A stretch of 64,000 nucleotides of DNA. It comes from an uncultured Sphingomonadaceae bacterium (GTDB taxonomy: Bacteria > Pseudomonadota > Alphaproteobacteria > Sphingomonadales > Sphingomonadaceae). The stretch lies in NCBI GenBank assembly GCA_964245815.1, contig CAXTNX010000007.1, forward strand, positions 1,787-65,786, in the 5' to 3' direction. The position numbers were made by a program, and so were the translations under genes. Positions within the stretch are counted from its first letter, which is position 1. Every line of letters begins with the position of its first letter. A model generated the notes under the pieces. That model had not been told where the DNA came from and did not search any database. It was given only the letters and a program-made list of their open reading frames with translations. Shown one piece after another: positions 12,927 to 22,168 of this stretch.

Positions 12927-13856
12927 TCAGATCCCCGCGCCGGCACGGGGCTTGATATACAGCGCGCCGATCTCGGGCCAGTCCCGTTTGAGCTCGGCCT
13001 CGACCTCCGCGATCATCGCCTCGATCCGGCCGACCGGCACGCTGTCCACGAAATCGACGTCGGCGGCGACGAACACGCTGCGCGGACCGAGATGGACGGT
13101 CAGCACGTCGCCGACCCTGGTCACCTCGAGGCGGTTGTCGAACGCCGTGCCGATCGCGCGGACTAGATCCGGCGCGGCGCGCTCGCCGATCAGCAGGTCC
13201 TTGCTCTCCCGCGCCAGCAATGCCGCGACGACGCCCAGCACCAGTCCGATCGCGATCGAGGCGATGCCGTCCCAGCGACCGTCGCCGGTGGCGTGCGACA
13301 GCGCGATGCCGGCGCCCGCGATCAGCAGGCCCGCGACCGCCGCGGAATCCTCGAACAACACGATGAAAGCGGGCGGGTCCTTCGATCGGCGGATCGCCTG
13401 CCACCAGCCCTGATCGCCCTTGGCGCCGCCAAAGGCACGCATCGCGGTGACCCAGCTCGTTCCCTCGAGCACGATCGAGACGCCGAGCACCGCATAGGCG
13501 ACCGTCGGATCCTGCGGTGGCGCGGGCTCGGCGAGATGGATGACGCCCTCGTAGACCGATAGCCCGGCGCCGGTCGCGAAGATCAGGATCGCGACGACGA
13601 AGCTCCAGAAATAGAGTTCGCGGCCATAGCCGGCCGGGTGCGACGCGTCCGGCGGGCGCGCGGCGCGCTTCTCTCCGTAGAGCAGCAGGATCTGGTTGAG
13701 GCTGTCGACGACCGAGTGGAAGCCCTCGGTCAGCATCGCCGCCGATCCGGTGATCGCGGCGGCGACGAACTTGGCGACCGCGATACCGAGATTGGCGGCG
13801 AGCGCGACGATCAGGACGGTCCGGCTCTCGCCGCCGGGCGGTGCTTCTCCGCTCAC
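12927..13856 (-). CDS. Cation diffusion facilitator (CDF) family transporter
   Basis: EGFHSVVDSLNQ, HPAGYGRE, LFEDSAA motifs; about 6 TM segments; GTG start at 13856 inferred. Confidence 0.9.
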   Translation of the reverse strand: MSGEAPPGGESRTVLIVALAANLGIAVAKFVAAAITGSAAMLTEGFHSVVDSLNQILLLYGEKRAARPPDASHPAGYGRELYFWSFVVAILIFATGAGLSVYEGVIHLAEPAPPQDPTVAYAVLGVSIVLEGTSWVTAMRAFGGAKGDQGWWQAIRRSKDPPAFIVLFEDSAAVAGLLIAGAGIALSHATGDGRWDGIASIAIGLVLGVVAALLARESKDLLIGERAAPDLVRAIGTAFDNRLEVTRVGDVLTVHLGPRSVFVAADVDFVDSVPVGRIEAMIAEVEAELKRDWPEIGALYIKPRAGAGI

Positions 13857-13931
13857 CGCGCGACCCGCCCGCGGATCGCCGGGACTCGAATGGCCGGCGG
13901 CGGTCGCCCGCGCGCCGGCCACGTCAGACGA

Positions 13932-14162
13932 TCACATCGCGTTGGAGGAATTGGCCATCGCCGCATTGTCCGACGACAGATTGTCGCCCATCGCGTTGTC
14001 GGACATCGCGCCGTTCGTGTCGCCGACCATGCCGTTCTCGTCGGCGGGCACCAGCATGTTGTCGTCGGACGCGACGTTGGCCGAACTGTCCTCCGCCTTG
14101 TGGCAGGCGGCGGCGCCGAGCGCGAGCGCGGAGGCGGCGATGATCGTGAGGGCCTTCTTCAT
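13932..14162 (-). CDS. Small lipoprotein with Asn/Asp/Met-rich low-complexity tail
   Basis: MKKALTIIAASALALGAAAC lipobox; GGAG RBS. Confidence 0.8.
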   Translation of the reverse strand: MKKALTIIAASALALGAAACHKAEDSSANVASDDNMLVPADENGMVGDTNGAMSDNAMGDNLSSDNAAMANSSNAM

Positions 14163-14201
14163 GCGTCGGTCTCCAGTCTCGTGGTCGGGGTTGGCGTCGG
14201 A

Positions 14202-14226
14202 AACACAATAGGACCGGTCGCGTTCC
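14202..14226 (-). promoter_or_regulatory. EcfG (general stress response sigma)-type promoter
   Basis: GGAAC-N17-GTT on the minus strand, about 40 nt upstream of the lipoprotein ATG. Confidence 0.6.
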
Positions 14227-14276
14227 GGATGTAAAGCCTCTTGTTGCAGCGCGACAATGTCGCGACCGCGAACATC

Positions 14277-15689
14277 CTAGAAATGCAGCGCCTGACCATA
14301 TGCCATCAGCACGCTCTCGTGCATCATCTCGGATAGCGTGGGGTGCGGGAAGGTGGTCGCCATCAGGTCGAGCTCGGTGGTCTCGAGCTGCTTGGCGACC
14401 GTGTAGCCCTCGATCAGCTCGGTCACCTCGGCGCCGATCATATGCGCGCCGAGCAATTCGCCGGTCCGTGCATCGAAGATCGTCTTGACGAAACCCTCGG
14501 GCTCGCCGAGCGCGATCGCCTTGCCGTTGCCGACGAAGGGGAACTTGCCGATCTTGAGCTCGTAGCCTTCCTCGCGGGCGCGCGCCTCGGTAAGCCCGAC
14601 CGACGCCACCTGCGGGCGCGAATACGTACAGCCGGGGATGTTGCGCTTGTCGAGCGGATGCGGATGGACGTCCTTGTTGCCGTTCCCGGCCGCGATCGAT
14701 TCCGCGCAGATCACCGCCTCGTGCATCGCCTTGTGCGCGAGCCATGGCGGGGCGGTGACGTCGCCGATCGCCCACACGCCGGGCACGTTGGTGCGGCACG
14801 TGGCGTCGGTATCGATATGCCCCCTGGTGGTCTTCACGGCCAACGCCTCGAGGCCGATGTCCTCGGTGTTGGGGACGATGCCCACCGCGACGATGCAGTG
14901 GCTGTAGTCGCGCTCCCCGATGGTGCCGTCGGCGCGCTTGATCCTGGCCGTGACGCCCGCGCCGGTGCTGGTCAGCGCCTCGATGCCGGCCCCGGTATGG
15001 ATCGTGATGCCCTGCTTGCGCAACGCCTTCTCCATGAAGGCGGAGATCTCCGCATCCTCGACCGGCAGCAGCCGGTCGAGCGTTTCGACCACCGTCACCT
15101 CGGCACCCATGTCGCTGTAGAAGCTCGCGAACTCGATGCCGATCGCGCCCGATCCGACGACCAGCAATTGCGCGGGGAACTCCTTCGGCGTCATCGCATG
15201 GCGATAGGTCCAGATCCGCGCGCCGTCCGCCTTGGCGAACGGCAGGTCGCGCGCGCGCGCGCCGGTGGCGACGATGATGTCCCTGGCGGCGAGCTCGGTG
15301 GTCTTGCCGTCCTTGTCGACGCTCAGCGTGCCCTTGCCGGTCAGACGGCCGGCGCCCTCGACCACGGCGATCCTGTGCTTCTTCATCAGCGACTTGACGC
15401 CGGCGTTGAGCTGGCCGGCGACGCCGCGCGAGCGCTCGACGACCTTGGCGAGATCGAAGCCGGGCGTGCCGGCCGACAGGCCATAGGCCCCGGCGTGGCG
15501 CATATAGTGGTAGATTTCGGAGGTGCGGAGCAGCGCCTTGGTCGGGATGCAGCCCCAGTTGAGACAGATGCCGCCGAGCAGCTCGCGCTCGACGATGGCC
15601 ACCTTGAGACCGAGCTGCGAGGCGCGGATCGCCGCGACATAGCCGCCCGGCCCCGAACCCAGCACGACCAGATCATAGCTATCCGCCAT
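14277..15689 (-). CDS. lpdA: Dihydrolipoyl dehydrogenase (E3)
   Basis: GSGPGGY, GGICLNWGCIPTK redox disulfide, HPTLSE motifs. Confidence 0.98.
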   Translation of the reverse strand: MADSYDLVVLGSGPGGYVAAIRASQLGLKVAIVERELLGGICLNWGCIPTKALLRTSEIYHYMRHAGAYGLSAGTPGFDLAKVVERSRGVAGQLNAGVKSLMKKHRIAVVEGAGRLTGKGTLSVDKDGKTTELAARDIIVATGARARDLPFAKADGARIWTYRHAMTPKEFPAQLLVVGSGAIGIEFASFYSDMGAEVTVVETLDRLLPVEDAEISAFMEKALRKQGITIHTGAGIEALTSTGAGVTARIKRADGTIGERDYSHCIVAVGIVPNTEDIGLEALAVKTTRGHIDTDATCRTNVPGVWAIGDVTAPPWLAHKAMHEAVICAESIAAGNGNKDVHPHPLDKRNIPGCTYSRPQVASVGLTEARAREEGYELKIGKFPFVGNGKAIALGEPEGFVKTIFDARTGELLGAHMIGAEVTELIEGYTVAKQLETTELDLMATTFPHPTLSEMMHESVLMAYGQALHF

Positions 15690-15728
15690 CGGAGATCCCC
15701 AGGTGAAGCGGTGCGCCGGGACGCGCGG

Positions 15729-17072
15729 TCACGCCAGCATCGCGATCGGATGCTCGACCAGCCGCTTGAACGCCGCCATCAGGCGCGCGCCGTCTGCGCC
15801 GTCGATCGCGCGATGGTCGAAGCTGCCGGTCGCCGACATCACGGTCGCGACGGTCAGCGCGCCGTCGACCACATGAGGGCGCGGCTCGCCGGCGCCGATC
15901 GCCAGGATCATACCCTGCGGCGGGTTGATGACCGCGTCGAACTGCTTGATCCCGAACATGCCCATGTTGCTCAGGCTCGCGGTTCCGCCCTGGAACTCCT
16001 CAGGCTTGAGCTTGCCCTCCTTCGCGCGGCCGCCGAGATCGTGCATCTCTTTCGAGATCGCCGACAGGCTCTTGGTGTCCGCGCCGGCGACGATCGGCGT
16101 GATGAGCCCGGCCGGGATCGACACCGCGACCGAGATGTCCGCGCGCGAGAAGGTGACGAGCCTGTCGCCCGCCAGCATCACGTTGCAGCTCGGCACCTCG
16201 ACCAGCGCCAGCGCCAGCGCCTTGATGAGCATGTCGTTGACCGAAAGCTTCACCCCGCGCCCGGTCAACGCGGAATTGAGTTCGCCGCGCAGCGCAAGGA
16301 GCGCGTCCAGCCGCACGTCGACGGTGAGATAGATGTGCGGGACGGTCTGCTTCGATTCGGTCAGCCGGCGCGCGATCGTGCGGCGCATGCTCGAGAGCTT
16401 GGCGATCTGGTGCGGGATATCGGGGATGGGCGCCGCGGCGGGTGCCGCCTTGGCGACGGGTGCCGCGACCGGCGCGGCCTTGGCGGGCGGGACCGGCGCC
16501 GCGACCGGCGGCGCTTCCGGCGCCTTGTCCGCAGGTCGTCCGCCGAGATCGGCGACGACGATACGGCCTCCCGGCCCCGAGCCGCTCAGCGACGCAAGAT
16601 CGGTGCCCTGCTGCGCGGCGAGGCGGCGGGCGAGCGGGCTCGCCTTGAGGCGATCCCCCGCGTCCACGGCGGGCGATTCCGCGGTTTGGACGACCGGCGC
16701 ATCGGCGACGGGATCCGCGCCATAGCCCTTCTCCTCCGGCGGTGGCGCCTTGGCCTCGGTCGCCGTCGCCCCGGCCTCGGGCACGGCCTCGGGCGCGGGC
16801 GCGGACGGCCTGGCGTCACCGGCGTCCTCATCCTCCCCGGCCAGGATCGCGATCGGCGCGCCGACCTTGACGCCGCCGGTACCCGCCGCGACAAGGATCT
16901 GCGCGATCGTACCTTCGTCGACCGCCTCGAACTCCATCGTCGCCTTGTCGGTCTCGATCTCGGCGAGGATGTCGCCCGATTTGACGCTGTCGCCTTCCTT
17001 GACCAGCCACCTGGACAATGTGCCCTCCTCCATCGTCGGGGACAGCGCGGGCATCTTGAGTTCGATCGGCAT
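15729..17072 (-). CDS. pdhC: Pyruvate dehydrogenase E2 dihydrolipoamide acetyltransferase
   Basis: [11 protein letters not shown]...EIETDKAT lipoyl domain; [10 protein letters not shown]3-binding domain; DHRAIDG catalytic motif. Confidence 0.96.
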   Translation of the reverse strand: MPIELKMPALSPTMEEGTLSRWLVKEGDSVKSGDILAEIETDKATMEFEAVDEGTIAQILVAAGTGGVKVGAPIAILAGEDEDAGDARPSAPAPEAVPEAGATATEAKAPPPEEKGYGADPVADAPVVQTAESPAVDAGDRLKASPLARRLAAQQGTDLASLSGSGPGGRIVVADLGGRPADKAPEAPPVAAPVPPAKAAPVAAPVAKAAPAAAPIPDIPHQIAKLSSMRRTIARRLTESKQTVPHIYLTVDVRLDALLALRGELNSALTGRGVKLSVNDMLIKALALALVEVPSCNVMLAGDRLVTFSRADISVAVSIPAGLITPIVAGADTKSLSAISKEMHDLGGRAKEGKLKPEEFQGGTASLSNMGMFGIKQFDAVINPPQGMILAIGAGEPRPHVVDGALTVATVMSATGSFDHRAIDGADGARLMAAFKRLVEHPIAMLA

Positions 17073-17185
17073 CGCGGGCGCCCCTGTGGCTCAAGCGTCG
17101 GTTCGCGGCCTCTGTCGGCGCTCGGCGGGTGCCGGTCAAGACCGGCGCTTGCACGCCCGGGCGCGATGCCCCACGCTCGCCGGCG

Positions 17186-17659
17186 ATGGATAAGCTCGCC
17201 CCGCCCCGCGCCTATCTGGTCGTCCTCGACGGCAGTGCGGAGGCGCGCGTCGCGATGCGCTTCGCCGCACGCCGCGCCGCCAAGACCGGCGGCACCGTCG
17301 AGATGCTGGCGATCGTAGAACCCGCGGAGTTCGTGCAATGGGGCGGCGTGCAGCACGCGATCGAGGAGGAGGCACGGCTCGGCGCGGAGGCGCGGCTCAT
17401 CCGCGCGGCGGGCGAGATCGTCGACGAACTGGGGATCGAGCCCGTCATGACGGTGCGCGAGGGCGCGCCGGCGCAAGCGATCCACGCAGTGCTCGCCGAG
17501 CGGCCGGGCATCGCCGCGCTGGTGCTCGGGGCGCAGGCCGGCGGCAGCGGGCCGGGCGCGCTGGTCGAGCATTTCGCGGCGGATGCCGGCCGGATGCCGT
17601 GCCCGTTGATGATCGTGCCGGGCGGCCTCGACGACGCGGCGCTCGATCGTCTGAGCTAG
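17186..17659 (+). CDS. Universal stress protein
   Basis: YLVVLDGSAEARVAMRFA, LVLGA...GPG, CPLMIVPG; start MDKLAPP at 17186. Confidence 0.88.
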   Translation: MDKLAPPRAYLVVLDGSAEARVAMRFAARRAAKTGGTVEMLAIVEPAEFVQWGGVQHAIEEEARLGAEARLIRAAGEIVDELGIEPVMTVREGAPAQAIHAVLAERPGIAALVLGAQAGGSGPGALVEHFAADAGRMPCPLMIVPGGLDDAALDRLS

Positions 17660-17842
17660 CTCGGCGCACGCCGCCTCTCGTGCGGTCGCGCGCGATCGGC
17701 ATCGCGCGGACCTCCCGCCGCAGCGCCTGATCCTCCGTCGGGGCGACCGTGCCGCGCCGCCCGGTGCCCAGCGCATCGCGCCGATGGCTCGGGGTCGGTC
17801 GCCATCTCTCCCTGGTGACGACCGGACGCCGCCCGGCGTCCA

Positions 17843-17995
17843 TCACACCTCGACGAGTTGGCCGCGGCGAACGATCTCGGTGACGAGTTCGCCCACGAAC
17901 GGACGATCGCCGCGCGCCAGCGCCTGCTCGATCGCGCGCTTGATCTGGTCATCGGACAATCTGGTCAGCGGGCTGTGGTAGCGCATCGTCGTCAT
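17843..17995 (-). CDS. Small hypothetical protein (about 47-50 aa)
   Basis: MTTMRYHSPLTRLSDDQIKRAIEQALARGDRPFVGELVTEIVRRGQLVEV reads as a natural helical protein and fills an otherwise empty gap; start uncertain. Confidence 0.45.
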   Translation of the reverse strand: MTTMRYHSPLTRLSDDQIKRAIEQALARGDRPFVGELVTEIVRRGQLVEV

Positions 17996-18100
17996 CCCGG
18001 AAGAGCATCCCCCCTTCCACCGCCGATTGTCCGTCAAGATGGTAAATGGAGGGTAAAGACGGCGACGGAACCGGCCGGGCCGTCCGCTCGTCGTCGCGCG

Positions 18101-18937
18101 ATGGCGATCGTCGCACAGATATCGGACCTCCATTTCGGCGCGCACGATCCGGCGATCGTCGATGCGCTGCGCGACGCGCTGACCGCGATCGGACCGGACC
18201 TCGTCGTCGTCTCGGGCGATCTGACCCAGCGCGCGCGCACCGTGCAGTTCGTCGCCGCCGACGCGTTCCTCGCATCGCTCGAAGCGGCCGGCCTCGTCGT
18301 GCTGGTGGTTCCGGGCAATCACGACGTGCCGCTGCACAAGCCGGTCACGCGGCTGCTCCATCCGCTCTCGCGCTATCGCCGCATCGTCCAGCGCGACCGG
18401 GCGCGCTTCTTCGCGACCGCCGACATCGCGGTGCTGGGCCTCGCCTCGGCGCATGGCCTGACGGTCAAGGACGGGCGGCTGACGCGGACGCAGATCCGCT
18501 CGATCGGGACGTGCTTCCGCGCCGTGCCGGCCGGAGCGATGCGACTGCTCGTCACCCACCATCCCCTCGTGCCGCTCCCCGGCGAGGACGCCGGCGCGAT
18601 CGAGCCGGCGCTGCGCGGCGCGGGTCGCACGCTGGAGGCGGTGCGCGCGGCGGGCGTGCATCTCGTGCTCGCCGGGCATCACCATGCCCATTCGGTGACG
18701 GTGTCGCGGCCGGTCGTGTCGGTCGATCCGCAGGTGCTGGTCGTGCAGGCGGGCACCGCGACCTCGACCCGGCGGCGCGGCACCCCCAACAGCTTCAACG
18801 TCATCGAGATCGCCCGCGATCGCTTGGCGATCGCCGAATGGACGACGCGCGGCGCGGCGCCGTTCGCGCGCGCCGCCGAGGCTATCTACGAACGAGCTTT
18901 CCCGAACGGATGGGTCGGGCGCAGCGGCAGCCCCTGA
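18101..18937 (+). CDS. Calcineurin-like metallophosphoesterase
   Basis: SDLHFG, SGDLTQR, PGNHD, THHP, GHHH motifs. Confidence 0.92.
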   Translation: MAIVAQISDLHFGAHDPAIVDALRDALTAIGPDLVVVSGDLTQRARTVQFVAADAFLASLEAAGLVVLVVPGNHDVPLHKPVTRLLHPLSRYRRIVQRDRARFFATADIAVLGLASAHGLTVKDGRLTRTQIRSIGTCFRAVPAGAMRLLVTHHPLVPLPGEDAGAIEPALRGAGRTLEAVRAAGVHLVLAGHHHAHSVTVSRPVVSVDPQVLVVQAGTATSTRRRGTPNSFNVIEIARDRLAIAEWTTRGAAPFARAAEAIYERAFPNGWVGRSGSP

Positions 18938-19661
18938 CCGGAACCTTGTGCCACACCCGCTCGGTGGTGGTCGTCGTCGTCGTGGTGACGATGCCCGGCG
19001 AGACGACCACGGTCGATCCCGCTCCCGCATAGCCATAGCCCGCGCCATAGCCGTAGCCCGACCCATAGCCGCCATCATAGCCGCCGCCGTAGACGATCGG
19101 CGGCGGCGCGATCACCTGCGTCGTCACCACCGTGTCCGGTCCGGCGCGATAGCTGGTGGTTCCGGGCATGATCGGCGGATGGTGCCAGCCCATGCCGCCC
19201 ATCTCGCCGGGATCATGGTCGTGCCAGCCATGCCGCGGTGCATCCCACGGGATACCGCCGCGCGTGGTAACCACGCGATCGTCGGCATCGACCAGCACGG
19301 CATCGTCGTAATAGCGGATCCAGTGCATCCCCTGCCCCGGCGCGCCGAGGCCCCAGGCCTGCCAGTCGCTGACCGTCAGCGACGGATCGCGCCACGGGCC
19401 CGTGAGCCTCTGGCCGGGATGCGCGGGCTTGTAGTCGCCATGCATCATCGGCGCCCCGCCCATCGGCGGCCCCATCATCGGCGGCGGCGGCATCATCGGC
19501 GACCGGTCCATCGGTCCCGGCGCATACGCCCCCGACTGCCAGCCGCCAGGCCCCCAGCCGCCGGCCTGCATCGCCCCGTCCTGCGGAGCGCCGGTCGGTG
19601 CGGCGATCGCGGCGCCCGCCAGCGATACCGCCGCCACACCCGCCAGAACAGCCTTGCGCAT
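18882..19661 (-). CDS. RcnB-family secreted protein with Pro/Gly/Met-rich regions
   Basis: Signal peptide MRKAVLAGVAAVSL; WGLGAPGQGMHWIRYYDDAVLVD RcnB-like core; GYG repeats. Confidence 0.75.
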   Translation of the reverse strand: MRKAVLAGVAAVSLAGAAIAAPTGAPQDGAMQAGGWGPGGWQSGAYAPGPMDRSPMMPPPPMMGPPMGGAPMMHGDYKPAHPGQRLTGPWRDPSLTVSDWQAWGLGAPGQGMHWIRYYDDAVLVDADDRVVTTRGGIPWDAPRHGWHDHDPGEMGGMGWHHPPIMPGTTSYRAGPDTVVTTQVIAPPPIVYGGGYDGGYGSGYGYGAGYGYAGAGSTVVVSPGIVTTTTTTTTERVWHKVPVRGCRCARPIRSGKLVRR

Positions 19662-19787
19662 CGCGATCCCCTTCGTCTCCGCCCGTGACCGGGCCAGTCC
19701 CAGCCGCGCTACCATTGCCAACCGGCGGGAGGGAAGCATCGCGGCGCGCGACGCGTCCCAAAGCGGGCCGCCCGGCCCTCCGCCCGT

Positions 19788-20273
19788 TCAGCCGAGGCTC
19801 GGCGCGAGCAGCGCGCAGAGCCGCTCGGCGGCGGCGGCATCCACGGCGTCGAACCGCGCGGGCACGGGACTGTCGAGATCGAGCACCGCGACGACGCGGC
19901 CGCCCGCCACGATCGGCACGACCAGTTCGGATGCCGATGCCGCGTCGCATGCGATATGGCCGGGAAAGGCGTGGACGTCGGCGACGCATTGCGTCTCGCC
20001 GGTCGCGGCCGCGGTGCCGCATACGCCGCTGCCCAGCGCGATGCGGATGCAGGCCGGACGGCCCTGGAAGGGGCCGAGCACGAGTTCGCCGTCGATGGCG
20101 CGATAGAAGCCCGCCCAGTTGAGCGCCGGCAGCATCTCCCACAGCAGCGCCGCGACGTTGGCCATGTTGGCGATGCCATCGCGCTCGCCGGCCACCAGTC
20201 CGCGCGCGGCGGACAGTGCATCGTCCCAGGCGGCGATCTTGTCGGCATCGGGGTCGGGGCGGAAAGCGTCCAT
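19788..20273 (-). CDS. msrC: GAF-domain protein, free methionine-(R)-sulfoxide reductase-like
   Basis: LNWAGFY, LGPFQGRPACIRI, GVCGTAA, HIACD..S.SELVVP, LDLDS. Confidence 0.85.
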   Translation of the reverse strand: MDAFRPDPDADKIAAWDDALSAARGLVAGERDGIANMANVAALLWEMLPALNWAGFYRAIDGELVLGPFQGRPACIRIALGSGVCGTAAATGETQCVADVHAFPGHIACDAASASELVVPIVAGGRVVAVLDLDSPVPARFDAVDAAAAERLCALLAPSLG

Positions 20274-20328
20274 GAACGGGCTCCTCGTGAGACGTGCGCG
20301 CGCTTCGCGCGGTCTCGGACAAACGCCC

Positions 20329-21336
20329 TCAGGCGAGCGCGAGCAGCGCGTCGCGACGTCGGGCGAGGCTCGCGAAGTGCCCGTCCTCATCGACCGGCAG
20401 CACGGCCATGGCGCGATCGAGCCGGGCGCGCGCGGCCGGGCCGATCGACGTCAGTGCGCCCGCCGCCGCCTCCATCTCCGCCATGGCGCCCGAGCAATGC
20501 AACGCGATGTCGACGCCGGCCGCGATCGTCGCGGCGGCACGCTCGCCAAAGCCGCCGGCAAGCGCGCTCATGCCGAGATCGTCGCTCATCAGCAGCCCGT
20601 CGAAGCCGATCCGGCCGCGGATCACCTGGGTGACGACGATCGGCGAGAGGGTCGCGGGACGCGTCGCGTCCCAAGCGGTGAACACGATGTGCGCGGTCAT
20701 CGCCATCCGCGCGCGACCGGCCAGCGCGGCGAACGGACGGATGTCGTCCTCCAGCGCCTCCGCATCGGCATCGACGACGGGCAGCGCCTTGTGGCTGTCG
20801 AGCGTCGCGCGACCATGGCCGGGCAGGTGCTTGAGGACGCCGACGATGCCGCCGGCGTGCAGCCCGTCGAGCACCAGCCGGCCGAGCGAGGCGACCTGCA
20901 TCGGCTCGGCGCCAAGCGCGCGGTCGCCGACGATCGCGTCGCCTTCGGCGCGGCGGACGTCGAGCAGCGGCAGGCAGTTGACGGTGATGCCGACCTCGCA
21001 CAGCATCGCCGCGATCGCCCGCGCGTTGAGCCGCGCCGCCTCCATCGCCGTGACCGGCGCCTTTTCGTACAGCGCGGCGAAGCGTTCCGCGGCGGGCAGC
21101 CCGGGCCATTCGGGCGGCGCCATGCGCTGGACGCGGCCGCCTTCCTGATCGATCAGCACGGGCAGGTCGTCGCGCCCGGTCAGCGCGCGCAGATCGTCGG
21201 TCAGCGCGCGCAGCTGAGCCCGGCTCTCGCAGTTCCGTCCGAACAGGATGAAGCCGGCCGGCGCCACCGAGCGGAAGAAATCGCGCTCGGCGGCGGTGAG
21301 CGCGACGCCGGACAGGCCGAGAAAGGCGGGGATCAT
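20329..21336 (-). CDS. nagZ: Beta-N-acetylhexosaminidase (GH3)
   Basis: IDQEGGRVQR, KHLPGHG.A..DSH, SDDLGM motifs. Confidence 0.96.
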   Translation of the reverse strand: MIPAFLGLSGVALTAAERDFFRSVAPAGFILFGRNCESRAQLRALTDDLRALTGRDDLPVLIDQEGGRVQRMAPPEWPGLPAAERFAALYEKAPVTAMEAARLNARAIAAMLCEVGITVNCLPLLDVRRAEGDAIVGDRALGAEPMQVASLGRLVLDGLHAGGIVGVLKHLPGHGRATLDSHKALPVVDADAEALEDDIRPFAALAGRARMAMTAHIVFTAWDATRPATLSPIVVTQVIRGRIGFDGLLMSDDLGMSALAGGFGERAAATIAAGVDIALHCSGAMAEMEAAAGALTSIGPAARARLDRAMAVLPVDEDGHFASLARRRDALLALA

Positions 21337-21382
21337 CGACGCGAGCTAGGCGCGCCGACGAGTCCCCGCAACCCCGCAGCGG

Positions 21383-22168
21383 TCAGCCGATGACCGCGCA
21401 GGCCTCGCCCGCCACCTTGAGCTTGGCGCAGATCTCGGACGCCTTGCCGCCCGCCGCGGCGCGCAGGCGATAGACGGTCTTGCCGTTGACCTCGGCCGAG
21501 ACCACCGACTGGGAGAGACCCGACAGCGCGGAGAAGCGGCCCGAGAGCGATTTCCACGCCGCGTTGGCCTTGGCCTCGCTGCCGAATGCGCCGAGCTGCA
21601 CCTGCGTGCCGCCCGCCGCCGGAGCGGAGGGTGCGCTGGCGACGACCTTCTTTGGCGCGGCGGCGGGCGCTGGAGCCGGTACCTTGGCGGCGACCTGCGG
21701 CGCCGGGGTCTTGGGCGCGGGCGGCGCGGCGACCGGCGCCGCGGCGGGCGGCGGGGTTGCCGCGACCTTGGCCGGTGCGGTCCGCGCGATCGGCGTCTCC
21801 GGCGTCGCGTGCAGGTCGATCTGGCCGTTGACCTCGGCGCCCGCGCTGGCGGCATAGCTCGAATCGCCCTGGCCGGCGACCTTCATGCCGCCCGGCTCGG
21901 CGGGCTTGACCTTGTAGGGGGTGGTCGGCGGCGCGATCACGCCGCTGTCGCCGGCGGCGGCGATCTGCGGTGCGCTCGCGCGCTGCTTGAGCCAGTAGAC
22001 GCCGCCGACGACGAGGCCGAGCGCGATCAGCGCGACCACCAGCCCGGCGATCAGGCGGCCCGGCGAGACGCCCTCCTCGACGGGCTGCTCGTCGACCGGC
22101 TCCAGCCAGGGCAGTCGATCCTCTTCCGGCTGACCATAGCTGTCTCGGCCCAAATCGCCCATCGTCAC
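21383..22168 (-). CDS. SPOR-domain (FtsN-like) membrane protein
   Basis: LPWLEP, single TM segment, Pro/Ala linker, VQLGAF...W..L...YRLRA SPOR domain; conserved argS-SPOR-nagZ order. Confidence 0.9.
   Translation of the reverse strand: MTMGDLGRDSYGQPEEDRLPWLEPVDEQPVEEGVSPGRLIAGLVVALIALGLVVGGVYWLKQRASAPQIAAAGDSGVIAPPTTPYKVKPAEPGGMKVAGQGDSSYAASAGAEVNGQIDLHATPETPIARTAPAKVAATPPPAAAPVAAPPAPKTPAPQVAAKVPAPAPAAAPKKVVASAPSAPAAGGTQVQLGAFGSEAKANAAWKSLSGRFSALSGLSQSVVSAEVNGKTVYRLRAAAGGKASEICAKLKVAGEACAVIG

Noticed and set aside
14277-17072. pdhC-lpdA without pdhA/pdhB
   Set aside because: Split PDH loci are common; E1 genes are probably elsewhere in the genome.
18067-18092. Possible EcfG promoter before the metallophosphoesterase
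   Set aside because: Spacing and -10 do not fit (GGAAC-N18-GTC) and it lies only about 8 nt from the ATG.
19020-19090. GYG tandem repeats in the RcnB-like gene
   Set aside because: Ordinary low-complexity coding sequence.
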